From positions 5,518,001 through 5,582,000 of the forward strand of contig CM035357.1 of assembly GCA_020137815.1 (NCBI GenBank): a DNA stretch of 64,000 bases, given 5' to 3'. Both the position numbers and the translations under genes were made by a program. Below, piece after piece: positions 12,585 to 34,208 of this stretch. Origin of the DNA: Hormiphora californensis. Lineage: Eukaryota > Animalia > Ctenophora. Within the stretch, counting starts at the first letter, position 1. Each line of letters begins with the position of its first letter. The notes under the pieces are model-generated. The model searched no databases. It was given only the letters and a program-made list of their open reading frames with translations, and was not told the DNA's origin.

Positions 12585-15499
12585 AAACTGACTAATTCTG
12601 GGGTATATAGAGCTAAAGAAGGAGAGTGAGAAGGGTGAGATTCGGTTATGAGAAATTGACTCTTTTTAATGGTTTTGATATGCTATAAGTAAATTTTACT
12701 GTTGACACTATAATAACACGCGTGAAAGAATAATCTAGTTAAGTGTTTGTACGATACTTGATATAGTAAGGAAGTCTCCAATACGAATTGATAATTACAG
12801 GGTTTCAATATATTCGACATAGTTTGGAAATTCAATTCTAAAAGGATTCCAGTGAGAGATAGACATTAATTAATTAGACGCGTGATTTGTTTTGACTTTG
12901 AGCGTGATAAAGTTTTAATATTCATGGCACTCATGTATTGTGACACATTATATTTTACCCATATTAAAATCATGATGTCTTCTTCGTTGGCAAGCAAATA
13001 GCTCCCAGACTCTCAGAGCATTGGCCTGTTATATGGGCCTGTATGGGTTGACGCCGCCAGATAGCTCTCCCTAAACAGAAATCAATCCTTTGATCAGCTG
13101 CATATAATCTGTCTGGCACCCCATCTGAGCACCGGCATACAGTGTATAATAGTTGTGAGACTAGAGTCACATTTCCAGATAACTGCGGGGTCTACTATTC
13201 CTCATATTTTATAGGGCAACCCTTGGCACAGAAGGAGCCCTACAATTGATCATACATGAGATACTAATCACTGAGTCATTGCAGAACGAAGGGTGTATGA
13301 TATTTGTATCCTGCTCGTTTCTGCTTGCTCATGGCAGCTGCTTGCACAACTCCGTTACTGTGCAGTTCACAGCGCTGTACCGTGAGAAGAGTGTGCGGGC
13401 TTAGTAAGCTTGTTGGGTAAGCCGCTTACCCAACAAGTGTGTGGGCAATGAGCGTGCAGCTGCAATTGAACTAAGTTGGAGCTGTTAGTGAGAGAAATGA
13501 GGTATTGTGCTAGCAACCCTGGGAAATCTTGTTGAGTAAGGTAAATCTAATGCCCAGATATCCCAGCGATAAATTGTCAGTGTATTGGGGGAAGACTTGA
13601 TCTACCGTAACCGAACCCTCACAGAAATAAAATGCGGTGGGAGCCAAACAAAGGGACGAAATGTGGGAACAATCGTGTTGGTAGTCCCTAAAGTACTGTC
13701 AGGCCAATGCTCATTGCTCTGACCACAGTTCTCGCGAGAATGGGTCAGGCCAATGCTCTGACAGCTAAAGTATGTCACTGCACTATATATCATAGCTCCT
13801 TGGTCCAAATTGCCCCATTCTACCATGGCCAGCCTTGTACTTGCATTACTGATCAATCTTGTAATGTTCTTCGTACAGATGCTGTACAGGTGTTAAAAAA
13901 GTCAAAAAGTCTCCCCCTGGATACCAGTGGTATCTAGTCCGGAATTGAGTCTGTCTGGTACTTTCAGAGCAATGGCCTTACCCATATAATTCTCGTTTCT
14001 TCAGCGGAGCACGCGAGAACATTGGTCAGAGATTTGGCCTGACAGGTCTGGTGGAAGATCCGGCATCAATCAATGCAATCCCCATTGGCCAATGGCCATC
14101 TCAATTAATTGTCTTATCTTATCTAGCAATGCCGAACCGATCACTTTATCAATGAGAAGCTCTTGAAAGGGAGGTTGGGCAATAAAAGCATCTTATGTAC
14201 GTGGTACTGGTAAAACGATATTGCAATTTGAGGCGAAACGATCTTATCTTGTTATTTTCCTCCTTTACAAATTTGTACAAGGCAACGCTTATCTAAGACG
14301 TGGGTTAAGCGATCCCTCACTCTTATCAGTTCGTGTTGAAATGAGATCTTGATCCAGGGATATTGATGATTTCATTCGTGATTAAAACATCACACCACTA
14401 ATATTCTGTGAAATATCATTAATTTCGGGTATACGACAATAAATGGGTTGGCCCTTTCCAGCTCTGATTCAGACCGTGAGAAAACGCGCGCTGATAAGTG
14501 TCGTGCGCGTAATGCTGAAGTTGTTTGGTTCCAAGGATAAATAGCTGTGTTTTGCTAGTTGTTTAGCGTTATTGCAGTATTGTCCCAGTAAACAGCGGTA
14601 TTTGAGATAATAACAAACGGCTGGTTTTAATTATTATGAAGTGGTTTGAGAAAGTAATAAATAATACAAAACGCACTTTTCTATATCTTCTGCTCTTTTA
14701 TTAAACATTCAAAATCGTTGCAAAAAATATCCGACTGTTTAGAGAAAAGTGATAACAAGTTTTTTACTACTCGAATAAACCAAGCATCAGTAAAACACAG
14801 GCGGTGAACAATCCATTGTTTTCCGAACAAACCAAATGGATTGATAACTAAATACAGTTTATTTAATTATTCCTAAGTCTACTTAATTTCTCTGTACTAG
14901 ATCACTTTAATTAACATTCCTATTGCTATTACAGAAAGAAAGGTAATACAATTACATTGACATGCACACACATATACTTACCAACTGAACTGAAACAGCC
15001 CGATTTCATCTCATGTCAGTTCACCATAGAAAATTAGACTTCTTGAAGCTGTGTTATTTGTTTAGACAAGTTCTGTTTTAACACTTCCCAATTGACCGGT
15101 TATGATTTTGGAAACAGGGAACAACTAGATATGACACACTTTTAGACTGAAACATAACGGGGGTAGTTTTGGGACAAAATCACCTTGAAACAGCCCGTCA
15201 TATTAGCCTAATATTGGTTAAGCGGATGACAGTTGACACTTATTGTTTATCCTAATATATGTCTTTGATGATATGAAAAGCAGTGATTTAATGAAAAGCT
15301 GTGATCTTATGAAAAGCTGTGAAAATATGAAATCATGAAAATATGAACTTGACTCAAATGGTTCACTTAATATTTAATTGTCCGTAAATAAAAGTCTGAT
15401 AAATCGCTTGTTGTGTATAGCTTGATCATCAGGGTTGTAAGCTTCACAGGCTGCCGTGTCTACAGTAGAGAGTGACTTTTCTCTCACCTCTTCAATCTT

Positions 15500-23008
<7,509 letters not shown>

Positions 23009-23765
23009 TTACATAATCGGATTGTACATAACTTCAAAGGTATGCTACGGTGTAGTCTACACGTTATGATTGTCAGTGAGATCGCTTTTTTGTTCGTCAA
23101 TTAGTATGCGAACGAGATAGTGGGGGATAAAGGTTGTTAACGATCGGCAACCCTCTGTCGTTCATCCCTACGCAGTACGCAGGCAAGATCGCGTCGATGG
23201 ACGACGGTCGAAGGGCCAAGCCCAAAAAGGTCGGATTTTTAAGAGAAAACTCATTTTCTAATGAAAATATTTATCATCGACCGAATTGTATACTGAGTTG
23301 GGTTATGGTAGGGCCCAAATAGTGCCCAAATATTGCATACGTTACACGAGACTGTCAAAGAAACCGATTTATAAAACAGAAACTGAAAAAGCCAAGACTT
23401 TTTTTTGGCATTTTTGCACCACCAAATTGTGCGATTTTTAGGACGCGCACGAAACTAATAAATTATAAAATGCGCTGCAGACCCCCAATGCGCGCGTTGA
23501 TAACAGGAGAATTGAGCGCGGGTGGAAAACTTTTCAAGATGGCCGTTTTTCACAATTTCCTCCAAATTTTACCTTGCAAAGCTTTTGAGATTTTTGCAGC
23601 TTCCCCCAGCTACTTTTAGTACCACCGCAACGTTTTAGAGGGGCCTGTAGCATATGCCAACTTTTTACAAATCCCCAAATTTTCAGCTTTCTAGCCCTAA
23701 AACTAAAATTTAGGGACCTTACAAACCGGTTTTTAGGGTCCAACATTAAGGGGCCCGGCAAGGTC

Positions 23766-23821
23766 TAACCCCAACCCAAACCCCAACCCTAACCCTAACC
23801 CTACTTTAGCCCTAACCCTAA
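23766..23821. repeat. Degenerate (CCCTAA)n telomere-like tract beside a remnant related to the 18352-19657 element
   Basis: taaccccaacccaaaccccaaccctaaccctaaccctactttagccctaacccta. Nearby ccccaaattttcagctttctagccctaaaa (23673) resembles ccccataattttaagcttctagccctgaaa (19442). Confidence 0.6.
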
Positions 23822-24133
23822 AAAACCGTTTGTCAGCACTCCCAAAACACCCAGATTTTAACGCTGGCCCGCCCCTGTGACCATCTACTAATTTTTGCGG
23901 TCGTGACTCGTGACGGGTGAGTGCTGCCAATTCCGAGTTTCCGTCCGGAAAATTGTAAATATCGAATTCGATTTCGAGTAACCGACCGTTCGTCATTTTG
24001 TCCCATACCCTTTTTTCGCACCTTAATCTAACGGCAAAGTGCAAATCGAAGTTGGGGGATCCTGGGGTAGTTCTCAATTAACTTCTCGCCATTAGTGTGT
24101 TAGCAGAGCGTTGTTCCTACTGCTCTTAGCAGC

Positions 24134-25293
24134 ATGCTAGAGCTACTTTTCTTCCTCTCTTTGGTGTCTCTATCAACTGAAGAAATGGCCGTGTTTCCCA
24201 GTGTTCCTGCGACACTAGGAAATAATGTGGAAATTCGATGTTCTGCTCTTTACTACTCCAGTTTCCGGCAATCATATAATGCATATTGCCCAAAGTGTGG
24301 AATTTACTGGGAATTTGAAGGAGAAAGTCTCCAGAACTCATCTCGTGTTCAAATAAACCAGTTTTATTCAAAAGGATTCGCTGCTTTGACCCCGGATTCT
24401 GTTGCAACAGCGAAACAGGTTGGCTTGACAACGCAGCTCCAATTCAATTGGGAGGACTATCGGTCTGATGATAATTATTATAGTAATAGCGGTACTTTGA
24501 CAGAGGGGATAGCATATCTGAACAGCATTGTAACGATCAGCGGAGTAACTAGTGAGGATTTGGGGACTTATACCTGTAATTACACTGATCTTGGTTGGTA
24601 CATATCGTCGAGAAATACCACGCTATACGAGGGTGATCCAACCGCAGAAAATAGTAAGACGACTGGAATTTACTCACGGTTGAACAGTGAAGTTAATAAA
24701 CCCTCAACTATTTATGCCCAGTGTATCACCTCTGGAGGACCACCAGTTTGGAAGGCCAGGATTGCTACTAACGACTGTCCTGCATACTACACCAGCACAA
24801 ACAATTCATGTGAAGACAGCTCCATGATGAGCCTGGATGATTTAAAGAAACAGGACTTTTATCACTGTTTCAATTTCACCGAGGCCACCTCTTCTGACTG
24901 GATTTTCAGTTATCAAGTTTACTGAAGTCTCCTGTGAATCTAATGAGCTGGATGATGTAGTGTTTCTACTGCCTTCAAGATAGCTACAGTGATAGATGGT
25001 CCTTCCATCTTGAGTGGCAGGGGTATTTCTCTCTAACTCAAGCAAAAGTAAATGCAGTAGAGGAGCAGGATTACCGGTATAAACGAATTGGAAATCAGAG
25101 GAGGGATGAGGAGATATCCGTGGCTATATATGTTGTTCCTGTCCTTATGTCTTGTATAATAATAGCTGTATTAATTATCGCATCAGTCAGAGGGAAATGT
25201 TGTTATAGCCGCCGTACTCTCTTCGCTACTCCGATCAGTGTGCCGGTATCTGGTGGTGTTCCTATCCAACAACCACCTGCATACAGTGGGTAA
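24134..25293 (+). CDS. Single-pass type I membrane protein with Ig-like domain(s), apparently intronless; two apparent +1 frameshifts near 24920 and 24965
   Basis: Signal peptide MLELLFFLSLVSLS. Ig motifs VEIRC...IYWEF...VTISGVTSEDLGTYTC. The downstream frame gives the TM segment ISVAIYVVPVLMSCIIIAVLIIASV, then RGKCC and a tail ending QQPPAYSG*. Confidence 0.75.
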
Positions 25294-25692
25294 CTGAATG
25301 TGGAGCACTGTCGCGTAGATACTATACCGCTGAATGAACGGCCACTTAGACGTGACATCTCCAAATTATAATAGAGATTCTTGAGCCGAAGGGCGAAGGC
25401 CGCAAAAGACAGTCTGAACAGTGAACAAATCAAACAATGTGCCTTTACTGAAACAACAATTTACAGGTCTGATATCTAGTACTATTGATCTTGAATTAGT
25501 TTTAATGAACTCTTATGTGCTTTATAGTATTACTTACTTTTTGTGTTTATCGTATTTACAGAATTGGTTATTAAATATAAACGTAATTGTCATACAATTG
25601 AAATGTTTCCTTTAGCTGTTTCATTATTAGCTTTCTAAAAAACCGACTATTTCTTAGTACGCAACAACATCTCACACCCCTTCCCTCTAGCG

Positions 25693-27982
25693 ATGTTTCT
25701 AAGTCGAGCTCTCCGATCATCATGTCGATCTCTTCACACAGTGACACTGTTCCCCGGTGATGGAATTGGCCCTCAAATATCCGAGTCTGTGAAGAAGATC
25801 TTTGAAGCAGCTGAAGTGCCAATCCAGTGGGAGGAGCGACAGGTCTACCCCATTCTAGGTATAACTGATTCAATGTTGTGATTAGTGAATAGTAATTAGT
25901 AAGTTGTTTTTTGTTGTGGGTGTTTGCTGAAAATTAGAAAAGTGGCAATTTAGTTGTTACTGAAAAGTGGTCGGGTCAGACGTAACGCGCGAGCCCAATC
26001 TTGTGAGAAAAGAAGGGAGAGTTCGGGTAGGCGCGCACGCAACTCCAAATCTCCAACTCTGCAGCTCTGGACCAGCCGTGTTTTAAAATTCCTTGCTTCC
26101 ATGCCACACACACTCCTTGATCCCCTCTCCTCAGAACCGAACGGAAAAACACGAATCCCCGAGGATGCAGTTGAATCGATTTTCAAGAACAAGATTGGTC
26201 TGAAGGGACCCATGAGGACTGCGATTGGAAAGGGCCATGTATCCCTCAACCTTACAATTAGGAGAACGTTTGGTTTGTATGCGAATGTCCGACCTGCCAA
26301 GAGTATTCCGGGTGTTATCACTCCTTACAGCAAGCAGGGTGTGGATGTTGTTATCATGAGGGAAAATACGGAGGGAGAATACAGTGGTATTGAGCATCAG
26401 GTCAGTAGATATTACTGGAGTATTTTTCATTCAGTTTAAATTTTAAGTAGATAGTATTCCTATCCCTTACAAGTTCTTCCCATTGAAGACATTCTCTCCC
26501 AACTTCAATTGATAACAATTTGACACTATGTTACAGGTAGTCCCAGGTGTGGTACAGAGTGTCAAACTAATTACCCGGGAGGCCAGTAAGAATGTCGCCG
26601 AGTACGCTTTCCAGTATGCTCAAGATCACGGGAGAAAGAACATCGTGGCTCTGCACAAGGCTAACATTATGAAAATGAGCGATGGAATGTTCCTGGAGCA
26701 GTGTCGAGAAGTTTCTGCTAAGGTAATCATCATTGTATAATATCCTTTCTATCATTATCTCTATCATTATTTAACCTTAAAATACTAGGGTAAGCATCAT
26801 TATATCGTTTTATTTCTTATCGATCGTTCCTACTTTCTCATCTACTGTGTTGTCATAATATTGTTTCAAACGTTATCTAAAGTCGGATTTTTTGAAACTG
26901 TCACGCCTTTGTTTCTCGACCAATTTTGTCAAACCAAAGTTTGCTCTTTCCGATGATATGCGGTTTTTTGCCGAAAAGTGAAAGCAATTCAAGTGGGGGC
27001 TGTCACGCACAAATACGACGCCGCGCGTGAAAAGGGGGGTGACAGTTTCAATTTTCAAAAAATCCGACTTTACCCCCATGATTGGTTATTGTTCTTGATT
27101 CTTCTCCACATTTGCCTCTGACTATCAAACTTATATCCTGCAGTTCCCTGAGGTCAACTATCGTGAGATGTACCTGGATTCAGCGTGTCTTAAAATTGTC
27201 AGTGATCCCTCCCAGTTTGATGTTATGCTAATGCCCAACCTATATGGTGATATTTTCAGTGACCTAACAGCAGGTAAAGCCCATAATGTCGTGTTAAGAG
27301 CATTGGAATATATGTTTCCTATTTAAAACAGATAAAAATATCTGATAGCGGGGTCGGGGAGGGGGTCCAGTATTCCATATAGTTCGTAACAATACCACCC
27401 CTTCCCTTCCGCGACCCTCTCACCGCACCCCACTGTTAGGTTTAATTGGAGGACTTGGCTTGGCTCCCAGTGGGAACATGGGCAAGGACGGTATTGCTAT
27501 TTACGAGGCTGTCCATGGCACCGCTGATGATCTCGTTGAAGCGGTAAGAAAGAGAGAGTGAGAGACAGAAAGATAGAGATAGAGACAGACACTGAGAGTA
27601 GAGACAGAAACAGTAAGTAGAGACAGAACCATAGAGTACTGAGTAGAAACAGGGATTACTGAGTAGAGACATACACTGAGAGTAGAGACAGAAAGATAGA
27701 GTACTGAGTAGAGACAGAAAGATAGAGACAGAAAGGTACAAACCTATCCACAGCAACTGACATCAATCTCTCTCTCCAAAACAGAACAAAGGAAATCCCA
27801 CCGCACTCCTAATGTCAGCACTCATGATGCTCCGACATATGGGCCTCAAACCCCAAGCTGATAAAATCGAGGCAGCTGTTTTGGAAACCCTGACAGAGAG
27901 GAAGATCGTGACGGGTGATATTGGTGGCACTGCTACTAATCCCGAATACGCTGACGAAATTTGTAGAAAGATCAGGGGTTAG
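25693..27982 (+). CDS. IDH3A: NAD-dependent isocitrate dehydrogenase, catalytic alpha subunit, mitochondrial; 6 exons
   Basis: [76 protein letters not shown] (both metal-binding Asp residues, as in alpha), [30 protein letters not shown]-terminal Arg/Ser-rich presequence. Confidence 0.93.
26878..27072. mobile_element. ~195 bp MITE in an IDH3A intron
   Basis: Inverted termini taaagtcggattttttgaaa...tttcaaaaaatccgacttta, with an inner ctgtcac/gtgacag pair. Confidence 0.7.
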
Positions 27983-28215
27983 AAAGAGGGAGAGAGTTTT
28001 GTCTATATTAATATAAGTTGTTCATCTAACATTGTAAATATATCATTTCCCTAAGCTAAACACGCACACCGCTTTATTTGTAATGTTCGACAAAGTGTGT
28101 GTTTTAATTCATACAGTTCCACCCTCTTGATCTTGTTTTATATGTGTATATCCCTAAAATTACACAGCCCTCTCAAAAGTGTACCCCTAACCCCCTAACT
28201 CTCTTCAAGACTACC

Positions 28216-31074
<2,859 letters not shown>

Positions 31075-31244
31075 CAATGTTTGACTTTCTCAGAAGTTGT
31101 TTCGTGTTATAATAATTTATTTCTGTATTGAAATTTATCCATCTTACTTTTTGCAGTTGTTTTTATGCTCTAAATAATTATTTTTCTTCCCCTCCATACC
31201 AGTTAATTTGATCTAATTAAATTAATTCATTTTCATAGTGCAGT

Positions 31245-32050
31245 ATGTTGAAGGTATTGAAGCGAGTGCCCAATGCCCGTCTCCCCGAGAGAAAATCAGA
31301 GCACGCCGCAGGATATGACATCTTTAGCGCCGAATCTATGAACATTCCTCCCCATGGAAAGGTATTTAATTGGTTACCATGGTAACATATTTTCATCCTC
31401 AATTCATCACCCACCTCCTTGTTACCCCCTTTAACAATCCCTCCGACTGCTACAATCCCTCCCTTTTCCGCAGGCTATTGTAAAGACCGGTATCTCCATC
31501 GCCCTGCCAGAGGGTTGCTACGGACGGATTGCACCTCGATCCGGCCTAGCCGCAAAACACCACATTGACATTGGAGCCGGTGTTATTGACAGGGATTACA
31601 GGGGTGAGGTTGGAGTTGTGATGTTTAATCTGAGTGGAGAGGAGTTCAGTGTCAAGGAGGGAGATAGGATTGCTCAGCTGGTGCTAGAGAGGATCTATAC
31701 ACCTCCAGTCACTGAGGTGAGTTGTTAGGAGCTAGTGGCACCCGGTACGGACTTGTTACTCAACCGGGCACCCTGCCTGGCAACGCTCAAATCGGGCCGG
31801 CGCCACCAGACAGCGGACGCTGGAGTCCAGTATTTGTTTGTCGTCATATTAACCTGGGAATGGGGATACCGGGCCTATTGTTTCGTGTTTGTCAGCCTTA
31901 TTTTCCTTTATTTTGATTTGAATTCCTCCCTTTCGACAGGTAACTGATTTGGATGCCACTGAGAGAGGAGAAGGAGGGTTTGGTAGCACTGGAGTTTCTG
32001 ACAAGGTTGAGGAATTCGTTGACAAACGTGCAAAATTAGATGGAGTTTAA
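31245..32050 (+). CDS. DUT: dUTP diphosphatase; 3 exons (31245-31361, 31474-31716, 31940-32050)
   Basis: [50 protein letters not shown] (motifs I-V). Confidence 0.96.
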
Positions 32051-32324
32051 ACATACTTGTCCCGAGTGGAAATGGTCCATTTTTAAATTCAATATTTTTA
32101 ACTCGTCCTCTATCATTTTTATTTCATATTACACCAATTTATACATGCCCAATTATAATTTGTACTTTATTTGAGATATCAGTGCTTTCTTGTTTTCTAT
32201 TCCCATTCCTTAGACCACCTGGCAAATATTCCAGTTCTTGATCCCCTCTCCTTCCAACTTAAGAGTATCCCATATCCCATATCCCATATCCCATATCTCC
32301 TTCCAACTAAAGAGTATCCCATAT

Positions 32325-33453
32325 GGTCAATGTTATTTTTGTCTGGTTCGTTTTTGACTTCGAAAAATGGACACTTTTACATTTAGTCACTTTTGGACAA
32401 CTAAATAATGCCAAATTAACGAAATATTCCGAATTTATTAATAAAAATGTATAATAATCGCTTTTACAACTCTAAAATTTGAATAACTCATTTCGTGAGG
32501 TGCCGGTGACATAGTTTGCAAAAGCATGTGCTGTTCCGTCAATTTTTAATAATTTTTCCTAAAATTTTCGAAAATATGCTGAAAAATGTCCAATATAAAC
32601 ACCTATTAAAATATGTAAGCAAACTTACTCAATCTATGAGGTGCAAACGGTGTTTAAAGTTACACTGTATACTTACAGCTACTTTTAAGCCTGTAGCACC
32701 TCACTTTCACGACTTTTCCTAGCTAGATACTTGCAGTAGACTCAAAACCATCATTTGTACCAAAAAAGTTCCAAAAATTTTGCTCAATGAGTGAGGTGCA
32801 CCCAAAAAACGGTATTTTCTTCAAACACTAATTGCACCTCACTCAGTGAGTATATAGTTCTAAAAGTGGCCTTAATTTGCTCATATGACATCCCCAAACA
32901 CTACCTTATCGACTCCAATGTCATTACTCAACCTGTGAGGTGCCCTGGAGAAGTAGGTAAAATATGTCATTTTTCAAAGGTCTGCACCTCACTCGCTGAG
33001 TAATTTTTAGATTAAATTTTAGGTAAATCAGGGGGGAAATTGTCCAATCTTGCTATATACCAAGTTTCAAATCATTATTCACTCATTTGACCCCTGAAGA
33101 GTAAACTTTTGGCTCTAAAAACGGCTTGCACCTCACTAAATGAGTAAAATTGTCTTAGCTTTTCACCTCATCTGATGAGTTAGAAATCAATCTAGCTTTT
33201 CCGAAAATTTCGAGATTTTTGCTCAAACGGTATTCCTGTAAATCAAAAGCACCTCACGTGGGCACCTCACGGGATATTTCAGTGTCTAGCACCTCACTGG
33301 ATTGAGCTAGAGACATCGCGTTTTCACAATAATGAAGTTTTGACAATTTTTCAATTTTTTGAGGTGCTGAGTAAAACCTTGGGGGTTGTAGCCTATTTAC
33401 TATAGCTCGATGGAAAATTTTGGTCAGCGAGCCAGACAAAAATAACATTGACC
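32325..33453. mobile_element. 1.13 kb non-autonomous TIR DNA element with many internal (G)CACCTCAC/GTGAGGTG(C) motifs, flanked by ATAT
   Basis: atat|ggtcaatgttatttttgtctggttcg ... cgagccagacaaaaataacattgacc|atat. About a dozen CACCTCA/TGAGGTG copies. No transposase ORF. Confidence 0.85.
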
Positions 33454-33529
33454 ATATCTACTATTATCACCTTCAGTTAACCCACCTCATCCCTTCGATT
33501 ACTAACCCCCCCCCCCCCCCCCCCATTAA

Positions 33530-33984
<455 letters not shown>

Positions 33985-34208
33985 CGACAACGACGCTGCT
34001 TAGTTAATTGATTAGTCGGTTAATTAATTGTTGTTGGGGTTGTTTCTTTGTGTATTAATTGTTTTTACCCTTTAAATCAGTTATATGACCCAGTTCTTGT
34101 GTATTTTATTCCAATCTTCCAATGTCCCAGCTCCCCCAACATTAATTAATTTAATTAATTTGATTAACTATTAGATGATTTTATCTTCTTCCCTATTGTA
34201 GCTACCCC

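Noticed and set aside
23766-23821. Telomere or chromosome-fusion scar
   Set aside because: Only ~9 degenerate units on one strand, adjacent to a TE remnant.
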